Source: Nitrospirota bacterium
GTDB lineage: Bacteria; UBA2233
Reading direction: 5' to 3'
Assembly: GCA_011620345.1 (NCBI GenBank)
Contig: WOZJ01000016.1
Coordinates: 1 to 35,142 of the forward strand
DNA: 35,142 nt
Below are positions 8,114 through 19,777 of this stretch, piece after piece (the stretch's first letter is position 1; each line of letters starts with the position of its first letter). The notes beneath the pieces were generated by a model. That model had not been told where the DNA came from. It did no database searches and saw only the letters and a list, made by a program, of their open reading frames with translations. A program made the position numbers and the translations under genes.

Positions 8114-9402
8114 TTCGAAACGGCTACCTTATCGACCCGGAGGGAGGACACACGGGCCCCGGCCAGCTACTCATGGCCAAGGACAGGGTTGTCGCCGTCT
8201 TGGGGCCGAACGAGCCGGTGAATGCAGGGATGCTTGAACGGACGCTCGATGCCAAGGGGTGCCTTGTAACGCCCGCATTCCTCGATTTGCACGCCCATTT
8301 AAGGGAGCCTGGGTTCGAGCACAAAGAAGACATTGCTTCAGGCCTGAAATCAGCCGTTGCGGGCGGGTTCGGGTATGTCTGTGCCATGCCGAATACCTCT
8401 CCCGTGAACGACAACCCGATCGTGACCCACTATTTGTTGCAGAAGGCCAAGGCCTTGGGTTTGAGCGAGCTTCTCCCCGTTGGTGCGGCAACGCTTTCTC
8501 AAAAGGGCGAAAGGCTAACCGATTTCCACGCCCTTCTGAAGGCCGGCTGCGTGGGCTTCTCGGATGACGGCCGGTCGATCGACGACCCCTTGGTTTTTCA
8601 AGACGCCCTCATTTACACGGGCCAGCTCGATACGGTACTGTTCGAACACGCGGAATCGAAACGTTTGGGCGGGTATCGGGGGATTCATGCGGGCATCGTC
8701 GCCGCATCCCTGGGCCTCGAGGGCTCTAGTGCTCTTTCTGAAACGGCGGTGGTAGCCAGGGACGTGGAAATCCTAAGGCATGCCAAAGGCAGGCTCCACC
8801 TAACCCACATCTCCGCCAAGGGCTCGCTTTCTTACGTTCGTACTGCCAAGGAAGAGGGGCTTGGGCTCAGCGTTGACGTGACCCCGCACCATTTGCTGCT
8901 CACCGAAGAGGCGCTGGCGGGTTTCAACACGACTCCCAAGGTGAACCCGCCTCTACGCATGGAGGAGGACCGGCTTGCCCTCCTCCATGCTCTAAAGGAA
9001 GGGCTGATCGATGCGATTGCCACCGATCATGCCCCGCATACGCAAAGAGAGAAGGACACGTATTTTGAGGATGCCCCGCCCGGCGTGATCGGGTTTGAAA
9101 GCGCGTTCCCGGCCCTTTATGGCCTCGTGGAAAAAGGAGAGCTTGGGCTCGAAAAGCTCGTTTCTTTGCTGAGCATAGGCCCTGCGGGGGTGTTCGGGAT
9201 TAAGGGCATTGGGCTGAAGCAGGGCTCCCTCCCGAACCTAGGGGTATGGCGGGTGCTCAAAGAACCCTCGCCCCTTCCTCCTGCGCGCTATTCAAAAGGG
9301 AAAAACTGCCCGTTTGTGGGGGTCGAAACGAAAATCAAGCTTCAGGCGTTTATAGCCGACGGGAGGGTGGTCTACGAGCATGAAAGGGGTTTTGGCGCTT
9401 AA
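8104..9402 (+). CDS. pyrC: Dihydroorotase (long type I)
   Basis: DLHAHLREPG, MPNT, FSDDG, HIS, KVNPPLR, ATDHAPH; start GTG 8104 or TTG 8110. Confidence 0.95.
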   Translation: MLLIRNGYLIDPEGGHTGPGQLLMAKDRVVAVLGPNEPVNAGMLERTLDAKGCLVTPAFLDLHAHLREPGFEHKEDIASGLKSAVAGGFGYVCAMPNTSPVNDNPIVTHYLLQKAKALGLSELLPVGAATLSQKGERLTDFHALLKAGCVGFSDDGRSIDDPLVFQDALIYTGQLDTVLFEHAESKRLGGYRGIHAGIVAASLGLEGSSALSETAVVARDVEILRHAKGRLHLTHISAKGSLSYVRTAKEEGLGLSVDVTPHHLLLTEEALAGFNTTPKVNPPLRMEEDRLALLHALKEGLIDAIATDHAPHTQREKDTYFEDAPPGVIGFESAFPALYGLVEKGELGLEKLVSLLSIGPAGVFGIKGIGLKQGSLPNLGVWRVLKEPSPLPPARYSKGKNCPFVGVETKIKLQAFIADGRVVYEHERGFGA

Positions 9403-10483
9403 ATCCGGGTTTTGGGTGACGGGAGAGCTCTTTGGCACGGCCGAAGAGTCCGTGGGCGAGGTGGTGTTCAACACGGCGCATGCGGGCTACCCCCAAGTCA
9501 TAACGGATCCGTCCTACTTGGGTCAGATTGTCACGTTCACATACCCGATGATCGGGAACTACGGCGTGCAGGCCGACGAGCTCGAATCGCCGAAGGTCCA
9601 CGCCTCCGGCGTCGTCGTAAGGCAGCTTTTTCGACCCTCATTCCATCCCAAAGCATCCTCGACGTTCGCCGAGTTTCTCGAAGAGCAAGGGGTTCCCGTG
9701 CTCTCTGGAGTCGACACCCGGATGCTTACAAGGCACTTGAGGGAGTATGGCTCGCTCATGGGCATCTTGGCCCCCTTTGAGCGAGAAGAAGACGTCGCAG
9801 GGGTTGTGGAGCGTGCCCGCGTTCTTGAGGGGCTCGAGGGCAAAGACCTGGTCAAGCAGGTACTCGTGGGCTCAAAAGAAGAAGTGTTCCACGCACAAAG
9901 CCGCCAAGACAAGGGTGAGGCAAGCCGCGGGCTTGTCCTTCTTTGCGATCTGGGGGCCAAGCACGGGATCGTCCGCGACTGGCTGTCTTTGGGGTTCGAC
10001 GTGCTGGCTTACCCTGGAGTGCCAGACTGGGACGTTGTGCGTGTCCATGCGCCTACGCTTGTTTGCCTATCGAACGGCCCAGGAGACCCGGCAGCGCTCA
10101 CGGGGGAGATCGAAAGGATCCGGTCTTTTTTGGGGAAAGTCCCCGTGTTCGGGATCTGTATGGGCCACCAGTTGCTCGCGCTCGCGCTAGGCGGCCGTAC
10201 TCAAAAGCTTAAATTCGGCCATCACGGCGTCAACCACCCCGTTGTAGAGCTTGAAACGCGCCGCGTGGTGATTACCTCGCAAAACCACTGCTACACGATT
10301 GTTCCAGAATCGCTCCCCAAGCACGTGCGTGTGACCCATAAAAGCCTCTACGACGGGACGATCGAGGGGATGGAGGTCTTAGATATGAGCCTTCAATCCG
10401 TTCAGTTCCACCCCGAGGCCAGCCCGGGTCCTCTCGACCCAAAATTCCTATACCGACGCTTCTTAGGGGCCATCCATGCCTAG
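9380..10483 (+). CDS. carA: Carbamoyl-phosphate synthase small subunit
   Basis: [51 protein letters not shown]. Confidence 0.97.
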   Translation: MKGVLALKSGFWVTGELFGTAEESVGEVVFNTAHAGYPQVITDPSYLGQIVTFTYPMIGNYGVQADELESPKVHASGVVVRQLFRPSFHPKASSTFAEFLEEQGVPVLSGVDTRMLTRHLREYGSLMGILAPFEREEDVAGVVERARVLEGLEGKDLVKQVLVGSKEEVFHAQSRQDKGEASRGLVLLCDLGAKHGIVRDWLSLGFDVLAYPGVPDWDVVRVHAPTLVCLSNGPGDPAALTGEIERIRSFLGKVPVFGICMGHQLLALALGGRTQKLKFGHHGVNHPVVELETRRVVITSQNHCYTIVPESLPKHVRVTHKSLYDGTIEGMEVLDMSLQSVQFHPEASPGPLDPKFLYRRFLGAIHA

Positions 10484-13400
10484 AGATACATCCATCCAAA
10501 GCGTGCTCGTTCTTGGCTCCGGCCCCATAGTGATCGGCCAGGCGGCCGAGTTTGACTATTCGGGGACGCAAGCGCTAAGGGCTCTGCGCGAAGAAGGAAT
10601 CCGCACCATCCTCGTGAACTCGAACCCGGCGACGATCATGACCGACCCCGAGCTGGCCGACAAGACCTACATCGAGCCCCTCCTTCCCCAAATCGTCGCG
10701 TGCGTGATCGAAAAAGAGCGCCCGGACGCCCTCCTTCCGACTGTAGGCGGTCAGGTTGGCCTAAACCTCGCCATTGCGCTCGAAGAGGCGGGAGTGCTAT
10801 CGCGCTTTGGCGTCCGACTGATCGGGGCTCAGATAGGAAGCATCAAGAAGGCCGAGGACAGGGAGGCTTTCAAGCGCGCCATGGAACGTATCGGGCTAAA
10901 GGTCCCTCAAAGCCAAAAGGTCGGGACTGTTCAGGAGGCCAAGAAGACGCTCGAGCGAATCGGCCTTCCTGCCATCATCCGTCCCTCGTTCACGCTCGGC
11001 GGTTCCGGCGGTTCGATCGCGTACAACCTCGCTGAGTTCGAGCAGCTAGTTTTGCTTGGCCTTCAGGCCTCCCCTGTGCACGAGGTGTTGATCGAGCGCT
11101 ACCTCTTGGGCTGGAAGGAGTTTGAGCTCGAGGTCATGCGCGACAAGGCGGACAACGTCGTCGTCGTCTGTTCGATCGAAAACTTTGACCCTATGGGAAT
11201 CCACACGGGCGACTCGATCACGGTTGCCCCCATCCAAACGCTCACAGACAGGGAATACCAGGTTCTAAGGGACGCCGCCAAAGCGGTGATCCGGGAGATC
11301 GGCGTCGATACGGGAGGCTCGAACATCCAGTTTGCGATGGACCCGGGACATGAAGAGGTCATGGTGATCGAGATGAACCCTAGGGTCTCCAGGAGCTCCG
11401 CGCTGGCCTCCAAGGCTACAGGGTTCCCTATCGCCAAGATCGCCGCGAAGCTGGCCATAGGCTACACGCTAGACGAGATCCAAAACGACATCACCAAGGT
11501 GACGCCCGCCTCGTTCGAGCCCGCGATCGATTACGTCGTCGTGAAGATCCCGAGGTTTAACTTCGAGAAGTTCCCCGAGGCCGCTCCCTACCTCTCGCCC
11601 CAGATGAAGTCCGTGGGCGAGGCGATGGCGATCGGCCGGACGTTCCAAGAGGCGCTCCAAAAGGCCCTACGCTCGCTCGAGCTCGATTCCTACGGGTTCG
11701 ATTTGGTATCTAGGCTCTCTGGGCTGACTCCTGCCGAAAAAGAGCTTGAAATCATCCGCAGCCTCAAAGATGCATCCTGGGACAGGGTATGGATGATCGC
11801 CGAGGCGTTCCGTACCGGGCTTACCCTCGATTACGTCTACGGGTTGACCAAGATCGACAAGTGGTTTCTAAGCCAGATTCAGGACCTCGTCCAGTTTGAG
11901 GCCGAGCTCGAGTCGATCCACGACTTCCATGGGCTTCCCAAAGAAAGGCGCTACGAGATTCTTTCCAAATCCAAGCAGGCCGGGTTTTCGGACAACAGGC
12001 TTGCCCATCTGCTCCATAGCGACCCAAGCGGTATCGAGCGGCTTCGGGAGCAAGCCGGCATCGTCCCCGTTTATAAGGCCGTGGATACCTGCGCGGCCGA
12101 GTTCGAGGCGAAGACCCCGTACTTTTATTCGTGCTACCAAACCGAAGACGAGGTGCCGAAGTCGTCGACACCGGGCGTGGCGATCCTAGGGAGCGGCCCG
12201 AACCGGATCGGCCAGGGGATCGAGTTCGATTATTCGTGCGTGCACGGCGTGATGGCACTGAGAAGCTTGGGCATTCGTGCCGTGATGGTCAACTGCAACC
12301 CGGAAACGGTGAGCACCGACTACGACACCGTCGACAGGCTTTACTTCGAGCCGCTGTCTTTCGAGGACGTCCGGCATGTGCTGCTTGCCGAGCCGCTTCA
12401 GGGGGCCATTGTCCAGTTCGGCGGCCAGACGCCCCTGAAGCTCGCCATGGCGCTCGAAGCCTCCGGGTTTCGGCTGCTTGGCACCGATCCGGAGCATATC
12501 GATGCGGCCGAGGACAGGGAGAAGTTTAACGTCCTACTTCACGAGATAGGGCTCAAAACGCCGCGCAACGGGGTGGCCAGGAGTGTCGAGCGAGCGCTTG
12601 CCGTGGCCGAGGAGATCGGCTATCCCGTGCTTGTGCGCCCCTCCTATGTCTTAGGAGGCCGAGCGATGGAGGTCATCTACGAGGCTTCCAGCCTGCTTGG
12701 GTACTTGAATAGGAATACCAAGGTTAGCTTTGAGCACCCTTTGCTGATAGAGTCTTTCTTGGAGGACGCCATCGAGCTTGACGTCGACGCCGTGAGCGAC
12801 GGTAAGCACGTGTTCGTTCCCGCCATCATGCAGCACGTCGAGCTGGCTGGCATCCACTCGGGCGACAGCGCCTGCTCGATCCCGCCTTACGACCTTCCCG
12901 AAACGCTCGTTCAAGGCGTCTTGAAGGCGACCAAGGAGCTCGCCAGGAGGCTAGAAATCAAGGGGCTGTTAAACGTCCAATACGCCATACAGAATGGGGA
13001 AATTTATTGCTTGGAAGCCAACCCGAGGGCTTCACGCACCGTGCCGTTCGTAAGCAAGGCTTCCGGCGTGCCGCTCGCCAAGCTGGCCACGCGCGTCATT
13101 ATGGGCCAGAATTTAGATGCGCCCCAAGATTTGATCGCGCACAAAAAAGGGCTGTACTTCGTCAAGGAGGCCGTCTTCCCCTTCCTTAAGTTCCAGGAGG
13201 TGGACGCAATCCTTGGGCCAGAGATGAAATCGACGGGCGAGGTCATGGGCGTGGGGAGGAGCTTTTCTGAGGCCTACCTGAAGGCCCAATGGGCCGCAGG
13301 GTCGATCCTGCCCAAATCGGGCAAGGTGTTCTTGAGCGTGCGGGACGCGGACAAGCCAAGAATTGTGCCCGTCGCCAAAGGGCTCTTGGCGCTCGGGTTT

Positions 13401-13712
13401 GAGCTCATCGCCACGCGCGGGACGAAGGCTGTCCTGCAGGACCACGGCATCGAAGCTGCACAGGTCAACAAGGTTCACGAAGGGCGCCCCCACATCGTCG
13501 ATTTGCTCAAAGACGGACAGATCGGGGTTGTGATCAACACGCCCGAAGGCTCCGGGCCTGTCCTGGATTCCTTCGACATCAGGCGTGCCTGCTTGGTCTA
13601 CAACGTGCCCTACATGACGACGATCGCGGGCGCAAGGGCTGCGCTCGTTGCCTTGGAGGGCATGCATGATAAAATAGAAGTTCTTGCGCTCCAAGATTTT
13701 CATAACGCTTAG
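10476..13712 (+). CDS. carB: Carbamoyl-phosphate synthase large subunit
   Basis: [17 protein letters not shown], two ATP-grasp halves ([19 protein letters not shown]), [10 protein letters not shown]-terminal MGS-like domain. Confidence 0.99.
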   Translation: MPRDTSIQSVLVLGSGPIVIGQAAEFDYSGTQALRALREEGIRTILVNSNPATIMTDPELADKTYIEPLLPQIVACVIEKERPDALLPTVGGQVGLNLAIALEEAGVLSRFGVRLIGAQIGSIKKAEDREAFKRAMERIGLKVPQSQKVGTVQEAKKTLERIGLPAIIRPSFTLGGSGGSIAYNLAEFEQLVLLGLQASPVHEVLIERYLLGWKEFELEVMRDKADNVVVVCSIENFDPMGIHTGDSITVAPIQTLTDREYQVLRDAAKAVIREIGVDTGGSNIQFAMDPGHEEVMVIEMNPRVSRSSALASKATGFPIAKIAAKLAIGYTLDEIQNDITKVTPASFEPAIDYVVVKIPRFNFEKFPEAAPYLSPQMKSVGEAMAIGRTFQEALQKALRSLELDSYGFDLVSRLSGLTPAEKELEIIRSLKDASWDRVWMIAEAFRTGLTLDYVYGLTKIDKWFLSQIQDLVQFEAELESIHDFHGLPKERRYEILSKSKQAGFSDNRLAHLLHSDPSGIERLREQAGIVPVYKAVDTCAAEFEAKTPYFYSCYQTEDEVPKSSTPGVAILGSGPNRIGQGIEFDYSCVHGVMALRSLGIRAVMVNCNPETVSTDYDTVDRLYFEPLSFEDVRHVLLAEPLQGAIVQFGGQTPLKLAMALEASGFRLLGTDPEHIDAAEDREKFNVLLHEIGLKTPRNGVARSVERALAVAEEIGYPVLVRPSYVLGGRAMEVIYEASSLLGYLNRNTKVSFEHPLLIESFLEDAIELDVDAVSDGKHVFVPAIMQHVELAGIHSGDSACSIPPYDLPETLVQGVLKATKELARRLEIKGLLNVQYAIQNGEIYCLEANPRASRTVPFVSKASGVPLAKLATRVIMGQNLDAPQDLIAHKKGLYFVKEAVFPFLKFQEVDAILGPEMKSTGEVMGVGRSFSEAYLKAQWAAGSILPKSGKVFLSVRDADKPRIVPVAKGLLALGFELIATRGTKAVLQDHGIEAAQVNKVHEGRPHIVDLLKDGQIGVVINTPEGSGPVLDSFDIRRACLVYNVPYMTTIAGARAALVALEGMHDKIEVLALQDFHNA
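13648..13675 (+). promoter_or_regulatory. Candidate internal promoter in the carB 3' end
   Basis: Extended -10 TG-A-TAAAAT (13667-13675) with TTGCCT at 13648-13653 (16-bp spacer), about 55 nt before the ATG at 13730. Confidence 0.4.
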
Positions 13713-13729
13713 CCAGGGGTCCTAATTCC

Positions 13730-13945
13730 ATGGAGATTCAATCGACCGAGCCAATCCTTAGCGACGACATGACGATTGGCTATATCTTGAAGACTTACCC
13801 TGCTTCCAGGGCTGTCTTTGAACGCCACGGGGTTCGGTGCAAGTCTTGCAAAGGGGCGGTCTCTGAGCCTTTGCGGAACATGGCGGCAAACTACGGAATA
13901 GATTTGAACGCATTCTTGAACGAGCTTCGCGAGGTCGTTTCATGA
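13730..13945 (+). CDS. DUF1858-like small CxxC protein
   Basis: DMTIGYILKTYP..VFERHGVRCKSC..EPL..YGIDL..LNEL pattern; ATGA overlap with the next gene. Confidence 0.8.
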   Translation: MEIQSTEPILSDDMTIGYILKTYPASRAVFERHGVRCKSCKGAVSEPLRNMAANYGIDLNAFLNELREVVS

Positions 13946-15150
13946 GCACCCAAGAGGTCTTTCCCAAACTCAAGACGCTTCCCCCGTACGTCTTCTCTGT
14001 CGTCGACGCGCTCAAGATGGAAGCGAGAAGAAAAGGGGAAGACATCATCGATTTGGGGATGGGGAACCCGGACTTGAAAACCCCGGAGCCCGTCGTTAAA
14101 AAGCTTATCGAGGTCGTCAAAGACCCGAAAACCCACCGCTACTCGGCATCCAGGGGGATCAAGCGGCTTAGGGAGAATATTGCAGCGTTTTACGAAAGGC
14201 GCTTTGGGGTTTCGCTCGACCCGGACACCCAAGTATGCGTGACGATCGGCGTGAAGGAGGGGCTTTCGCACCTGATGCTGGTCGTGACCTCGGAGGGCGG
14301 CTGTGTATTCGTCCCGGCGCCGAGCTACCCGATCCATGCCTACTCCGTCATCATTGCGGGTGGAAGGCTTGTGCACGTTCCGATGCTTCCGGAAGACGAA
14401 TTTCTAGGCCAGCTGGACAAGGCACTTTCAAAAGACCGGGCCACGTACAAGATCGTTCTTTTGAGCTTTCCGCACAACCCTACGACCGTTTGTCAGGACA
14501 GGACCTTTTTTGAGCGAGTGACACAACTCGCCAGGGATCACAGGGCCTGGGTCGTACACGACTTCGCCTACGCCGACCTATGCTTCGAGGACTACAAGGC
14601 GCCCAGCTTGCTTCAAATCCCCGGCAGCATGGACGTGGGGCTCGAGTTTTTCTCGTTTTCCAAGAGCTTTAGCATGGCCGGATGGCGGCTTGGGTTCGCA
14701 GTAGGAAACCCGACGCTCATCCGGGCGCTTACTCGGATCAAGAGCTACCTCGATTACGGGGTATTTACCCCAATCCAGGTGGCCGGTATTACGGCGCTAA
14801 ACCTAGAAAATCATTATGTTCAGGACATCGTGGAGACCTACAAAAGGCGGCGTGATGTGCTGGTCGACGGGCTAAACCGGATTGGCTGGGAGGTTCAAAA
14901 GCCCAAGGCAACGATGTTTCTCTGGGCAAAGGTTCCCGAGCCTTTTGACAAGCTTGGCTCGCTTCGGTTTGCCGAGTTTCTCGTTAAAGAGGCCAAGGTG
15001 GCGGTTTCCCCTGGGATAGGGTTTGGAGAGCTGGGCGAAGGCTACGTCCGCATGGCGCTTGTTGAAAATGAGCATCGGATCAGGCAGGCGCTAAGGGGGA
15101 TCAAGAAGGCGCTTGCCAGCCCCACGATGCTCGATGTAAGGGTTGGCTGA
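13942..15150 (+). CDS. alaC: Class I/II PLP aminotransferase, AlaC (alanine transaminase)-like
   Basis: LPPYVF, DLGMGNPD, HRYSASRGI, FPHNPT, HDFAYAD, SFSKSFSMAGWRLG, KSYLDYG, ENEHRIRQA. Confidence 0.82.
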   Translation: MSTQEVFPKLKTLPPYVFSVVDALKMEARRKGEDIIDLGMGNPDLKTPEPVVKKLIEVVKDPKTHRYSASRGIKRLRENIAAFYERRFGVSLDPDTQVCVTIGVKEGLSHLMLVVTSEGGCVFVPAPSYPIHAYSVIIAGGRLVHVPMLPEDEFLGQLDKALSKDRATYKIVLLSFPHNPTTVCQDRTFFERVTQLARDHRAWVVHDFAYADLCFEDYKAPSLLQIPGSMDVGLEFFSFSKSFSMAGWRLGFAVGNPTLIRALTRIKSYLDYGVFTPIQVAGITALNLENHYVQDIVETYKRRRDVLVDGLNRIGWEVQKPKATMFLWAKVPEPFDKLGSLRFAEFLVKEAKVAVSPGIGFGELGEGYVRMALVENEHRIRQALRGIKKALASPTMLDVRVG

Positions 15151-15155
15151 TCGAT

Positions 15156-16481
15156 ATGGGGCACGAACGCGGCCGCGTCGCGCTCGGAATTGCCGGCGTG
15201 GGAACCGTTGGCAGGGGGGTATTGGAGCTTTTGCTGGCCCAAAAAGAGGCGCTGTCTAAAAAGGCGGGCGTGGCCCTCGAGGTCGTTCGTGTTGTAGACA
15301 GGGATGCCGAGGAGAAGCTAGCAGGGTTGTCCAACTTAGGCGGCCTGGATGTTTCCCATAATCTAGAAGACCTCTTGAAGCCCGATGTCGACATCGTCAT
15401 CGAGCTCGTCGGCGGGACTCAAGCCGCCAAGGATCTCATTTTCGGGGCGCTAGAGAAGAAAAAGAGCGTTGTGACGGCCAACAAGGCGCTCCTTTCTTCC
15501 TTGGGCAGGCAGATCTTTGAGTTGGCCCAAAAGCAGGGTGTGGGGCTTGGGCTTGAAGCGTCCGTCGGAGGAGGAATCCCTTTGATCGAGGTGATCAGGA
15601 ACAACCTTGTCGCAAACCGGCTTGACGGGCTCTACGGGATTTTGAACGGGACGTCCAATTTTATCCTCGAGGCCATGACACAAAAACGGATCCCGTTCGA
15701 GCAAGCACTGGCCGAAGCCAGGGCGAAAGGCTATGCCGAGGCAGACCCGACGCTCGACATCTCGGGCAAAGATACGGCCCATAAGCTCTGCGTCCTTCTT
15801 GGCGTTGCGTTAGATTTTTGGCCGGGGTTGGAGGCGGTTTATACCGAAGGGATCGAACGAGTTGCAGAGCTAGATATCGCGTACGGAGCCGATTTGGGGA
15901 TGGCGATCAAGCTTTTGGCCATCGTCAAACGGGTCGGACGGTCGATCGAGTGCCGAGTCCACCCCGTAATGGTGCCCGAGCGGCACCTGCTGGCGCACGT
16001 AAACGGCGCGTTCAACGCGCTGTATCTCGATTTGAGCTGTACGGGCCCTCTTTTGTTCTTCGGGCAGGGGGCGGGCCGTTACCCTACAGCCTCTGCCGTT
16101 GTAGGTGATACAGTAACGATTGCCGGCGGGTTGGCAAGGGGAGTTTGCACCCTAAGGCCACCAGGGTCGCTCGATGGGGAGGCGTCATTGACTCCCGTAC
16201 CGATGGAAGAAATCGAGACGGAGTATTATCTGCGGTACATGGTTTCGGACGTGCCCGGTATGGTGGGCAAGATCGCCACGGCGCTCGGCAATCACGAGGT
16301 GAGCATTTCGCAGGTCATCCAAAAAGAGCGCAACGAAGGGGGAGAAAGGGTGCCCGTCATCCTGCTTACGCATAAAACGAAAGAGCGTTGTCTCAAGGCT
16401 GCGCTTAAAGAGATCTATTCGCTTGGGAGCGTTCTTGACGAGCCCCCCCAGGTGATTCGGATAGAGAGGTTCGTATCATGA
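15156..16481 (+). CDS. hom: Homoserine dehydrogenase with C-terminal ACT domain
   Basis: [49 protein letters not shown]. Confidence 0.97.
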   Translation: MGHERGRVALGIAGVGTVGRGVLELLLAQKEALSKKAGVALEVVRVVDRDAEEKLAGLSNLGGLDVSHNLEDLLKPDVDIVIELVGGTQAAKDLIFGALEKKKSVVTANKALLSSLGRQIFELAQKQGVGLGLEASVGGGIPLIEVIRNNLVANRLDGLYGILNGTSNFILEAMTQKRIPFEQALAEARAKGYAEADPTLDISGKDTAHKLCVLLGVALDFWPGLEAVYTEGIERVAELDIAYGADLGMAIKLLAIVKRVGRSIECRVHPVMVPERHLLAHVNGAFNALYLDLSCTGPLLFFGQGAGRYPTASAVVGDTVTIAGGLARGVCTLRPPGSLDGEASLTPVPMEEIETEYYLRYMVSDVPGMVGKIATALGNHEVSISQVIQKERNEGGERVPVILLTHKTKERCLKAALKEIYSLGSVLDEPPQVIRIERFVS

Positions 16482-17551
16482 CTCAAACCTGGCCGGGCGT
16501 ATACAGGGCGTACCGCGACTGGCTTCCGAAGATCGAAGAAGAGGCCATCGTTACGCTCTTGGAGGGCAACACTCCGCTCATCCCGCTTAGGCGGCTGCCC
16601 AAGCTCTGGGGTTTTGGAGAAACGCGCGTGTCTGTAAAATACGAAGGGCTTAACCCGACCGGGTCGTTCAAGGATCGGGGGATGTGCGTGGCCGTATCCA
16701 GGGCGTTGGCCACAGGGGCGAAAGCGCTCATCTGCGCATCCACTGGCAACACCTCGGCGTCCGCCGCCGCTTACGGGGCGAGGGCCGGGGTACCGTGCCA
16801 TGTGCTCATTCCAAAAGGGAAGATCGCCATGGGCAAGCTAGCCCAAGCGCTCGTCCACGGTGCAAACGTTATCCAGATCGAGGGAAACTTTGACGAGGCG
16901 CTTTGCTTTGTCCGTGAGCTTGGAGAGCGCGCCCCGCTCACGATCGTCAACTCGATCAATCCGGACCGCATCGAGGGCCAGAAAACCGCAGCCCTCGAAA
17001 TTATAGGATCGCTCGGGGGTGTGCCCGACATCCATTGTCTGCCGGTGGGCAACGCCGGCAACATCACCGCCTACTGGATGGGCTACAAGGCCTACGCCTC
17101 AAGGCATGGCCTCGATAAAATGCCAAGAATGCTCGGGTTTCAGGCGGAAGGCGCCGCTCCGATCGTGCTCGGCAAAAAAGTCGACAACCCAGAGACAATC
17201 GCCACGGCCATTCGCATCGGGAACCCGGCTTCATGGCAAGGCGCGCTTCAAGCGGCAAAAGAATCCAACGGTGCGATCCGGGCGGTGAGTGACGAGGAGA
17301 TCCTCGAGGCCTACCGTGCGCTCGCCTCGAACGAAGGGATCTTCTGCGAGCCCGCTTCGGCCGCGAGCCTGGCAGGCCTTAAAAAAGCGATTGCCGAAGG
17401 CCTTATTCCCGAGGGCAGCGAGGTCGTGTGCACGCTCACCGGCCACGGGCTAAAAGACCCGGATATCGTGGTGAAGAGCTTTGAGGGGCGCTTTGTCACG
17501 TTGAAGACCTTCAAGGAAGTGGAGAGCGTGCTGTTGGGGGCCGGGGCATGA
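16478..17551 (+). CDS. thrC: Threonine synthase
   Basis: [50 protein letters not shown]. Confidence 0.97.
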   Translation: MTQTWPGVYRAYRDWLPKIEEEAIVTLLEGNTPLIPLRRLPKLWGFGETRVSVKYEGLNPTGSFKDRGMCVAVSRALATGAKALICASTGNTSASAAAYGARAGVPCHVLIPKGKIAMGKLAQALVHGANVIQIEGNFDEALCFVRELGERAPLTIVNSINPDRIEGQKTAALEIIGSLGGVPDIHCLPVGNAGNITAYWMGYKAYASRHGLDKMPRMLGFQAEGAAPIVLGKKVDNPETIATAIRIGNPASWQGALQAAKESNGAIRAVSDEEILEAYRALASNEGIFCEPASAASLAGLKKAIAEGLIPEGSEVVCTLTGHGLKDPDIVVKSFEGRFVTLKTFKEVESVLLGAGA

Positions 17552-18777
17552 AGCGTTTTGTCCTTCTCCAGGGCGATGGCATGCCGGATTTGCCCATCGA
17601 GGAAAAAGGCGGCAAAACGGTGCTTGAGCTGGCAAAGACCATCAACCTTGATTTTCTTGCCTCGAGGGGAGAATTTGGCTCGGTCGATACCATTCCTGAA
17701 GGGTTCGAGCCTCAAAGCGACATCGGGAACTTGAGCCTTTTGGGATACGACCCAAAAGAGGTTTACACGGGCCGCTCCCCCATCGAGGCCGCGAGCAAAG
17801 GGATTGTCTTAGGGGATGAGGACGTGGCCTTTCGGCTCAACCTGGTGAGCTTCGATGAGGCCAAGGGCGCTTGGTTTCTAGAGGACTTCAGCGCCGGCCA
17901 TATCGAAGATCGCGATGCCAAAGAGCTTATCCGCGCGCTCCAAGAGGGGTTTAATTCTTCGCTTCCGATTGAAATCCACCCGGGCCTAAGCTACCGCCAC
18001 ATCTTGGTTTGGCGCAACGGGGAAAGCCGATTCGCCCTAAAGCCTCCGCATGACATCCAAGGCCAGCGGGTGGAAGCGTACTTGCCCAAAGGGCCGGGCG
18101 CGGAAGTGCTTACAAGATTGCTCGTGGGGGCAAGGGAGATTTTAAAGTCCCACCCTCTCAACCAGAAGCGGACGGCGGAAGGCAAAATGCCTGCAAACGG
18201 CATCTGGTTGTGGGGACAGGGCAAGGCACCTACGAATATTAAGCCTTTCACCGTGCATGCGGGCCTTCCTGGGGCGGTCATCGCGGCCGTGGACCTCGTC
18301 CGAGGGATCGCAAAGCTGGCCAAGATGCATCTTGTCGAAGTCGAGGGCGCGACGGGGTTTATCGACACGAATTACGCCGGCAAAGGGGAGGCGGTTCTTC
18401 AAGCGCTCGAAGAATACCCGTTCGTATTCCTGCACCTCGAGGCGCCGGACGAGGCCGGGCACATGGGAAGCCTAGAAGAAAAGATTAGGGCGATCGAGCG
18501 CTTCGATGCAGAAATAGTAGGCCGAGTGCTGGATTTTGCCAGAAGGGCGGGCGATATCCGGATTGTCGCGACCTCGGACCATGCAACGCCCTTTGCGCTC
18601 AAAACTCATGCCCCCGGCGCTGTGCCGTTTGCACTCTGGGACCCTGGAATGACCAGAAGCAATAAGCATGCGGTCAAGTTCTGCGAGGCCTCGGCCAAAG
18701 CCTCGTCCGTACGGTACCCATCGGGTCCGGCGCTCTTCTTTCGCCTGCTCGATCGTAATGGCCTGGCAGATTCCTAA
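17548..18777 (+). CDS. apgM: ApgM-type cofactor-independent phosphoglycerate mutase family protein (proposed homoserine kinase subfamily)
   Basis: [58 protein letters not shown]. Confidence 0.88.
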   Translation: MKRFVLLQGDGMPDLPIEEKGGKTVLELAKTINLDFLASRGEFGSVDTIPEGFEPQSDIGNLSLLGYDPKEVYTGRSPIEAASKGIVLGDEDVAFRLNLVSFDEAKGAWFLEDFSAGHIEDRDAKELIRALQEGFNSSLPIEIHPGLSYRHILVWRNGESRFALKPPHDIQGQRVEAYLPKGPGAEVLTRLLVGAREILKSHPLNQKRTAEGKMPANGIWLWGQGKAPTNIKPFTVHAGLPGAVIAAVDLVRGIAKLAKMHLVEVEGATGFIDTNYAGKGEAVLQALEEYPFVFLHLEAPDEAGHMGSLEEKIRAIERFDAEIVGRVLDFARRAGDIRIVATSDHATPFALKTHAPGAVPFALWDPGMTRSNKHAVKFCEASAKASSVRYPSGPALFFRLLDRNGLADS

Positions 18778-18807
18778 ACGAACGAAAGGATTGACCTGGA
18801 GGGGGAC

Positions 18808-19761
18808 ATGGACCGTAACTTGGCGATGGAATTCGTCCGCGTGACCGAGGCCGCGGCGCTGTCGTGTGCACGGCTGATGGGCCGGGGCGACGAACGGGCA
18901 GCGGACCAGGCGGCCACTGAAGCGATGCGCAGGGTTCTTGCTTCTGTCCAAATCAACGGTACGATCGTGATCGGGGAAGGGGAGCGCGATGAAGCGCCCA
19001 TGCTCTACATTGGCGAAAAGGTAGGGACAGGGTCGGGTTCCGAGCTCGATCTGGCCGTGGATCCGCTGGAAGGGACGACGATTTTGGCGACAGGCGGGCC
19101 GAATGCGCTGGCCGTGATCGCGTCCGCCCCAAAGGGGAACCTCTTTCATGCCCCCGACATCTACATGGACAAGATCGCCGTAGGGCCAAAGGCCAAGGGG
19201 GCGGTTGATATCACAAAACCCCCCGCTTGGAATCTAAAGCAAATTGCCGACGCGCTCGGAATGTACATCGAAGACTTGACGGTTGTCATTTTAAACCGGC
19301 CAAGGCACGAAAATCTGATAAAAGAGGTTCGCAAGGCTGGCGCGAGGATCCGCCTGATTGGGGACGGGGACGTTTCGGCGGCGATTGCGACGTGCAGGGA
19401 GGATGCCGACGTGGACGTGCTCATGGGAATCGGCGGCGCTCCGGAGGGTGTGATCGCGGCGGCGGCACTCCAATGCTTCGGCGGCGATTTTCAAGCGGTT
19501 TTTAAGCCTAGGAACGAGCGCGATATAGAGCGGATGCAGAAAATGGGGGTCCGTGACCACGAGAAAGTATACAAGATCGAAGAGCTGGCAAAAGAAAACT
19601 GCCTGTTTGCCGCAACGGGTGTTACTACGGGGGATTTCCTGGAGGGCGTTCGGTACTTCAAGGGAGGCGCCCGTACCCACTCTGTCGTCATGAGGCAAAA
19701 ATCCCGGACGGTCCGCTACATTGAAGCGACCCACTGTTTCGATTTCAAGCCAATATACTAA
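18808..19761 (+). CDS. glpX: Class II fructose-1,6-bisphosphatase
   Basis: RVTEAAA, VIGEGERDEAPML, DPLEGT, YMDKI, RPRH, DGDV, GIGGAPEGV; RBS GGAGG. Confidence 0.97.
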   Translation: MDRNLAMEFVRVTEAAALSCARLMGRGDERAADQAATEAMRRVLASVQINGTIVIGEGERDEAPMLYIGEKVGTGSGSELDLAVDPLEGTTILATGGPNALAVIASAPKGNLFHAPDIYMDKIAVGPKAKGAVDITKPPAWNLKQIADALGMYIEDLTVVILNRPRHENLIKEVRKAGARIRLIGDGDVSAAIATCREDADVDVLMGIGGAPEGVIAAAALQCFGGDFQAVFKPRNERDIERMQKMGVRDHEKVYKIEELAKENCLFAATGVTTGDFLEGVRYFKGGARTHSVVMRQKSRTVRYIEATHCFDFKPIY

Positions 19762-19777
19762 TGAAAAAGGGTGTTGC

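Noticed and set aside
18472-19149. Long antisense and alternate-frame ORFs (e.g. 18472..19149, 13113..13703, 2441..3064)
   Set aside because: Shadows of well-supported genes in GC-rich DNA; no recognisable motifs
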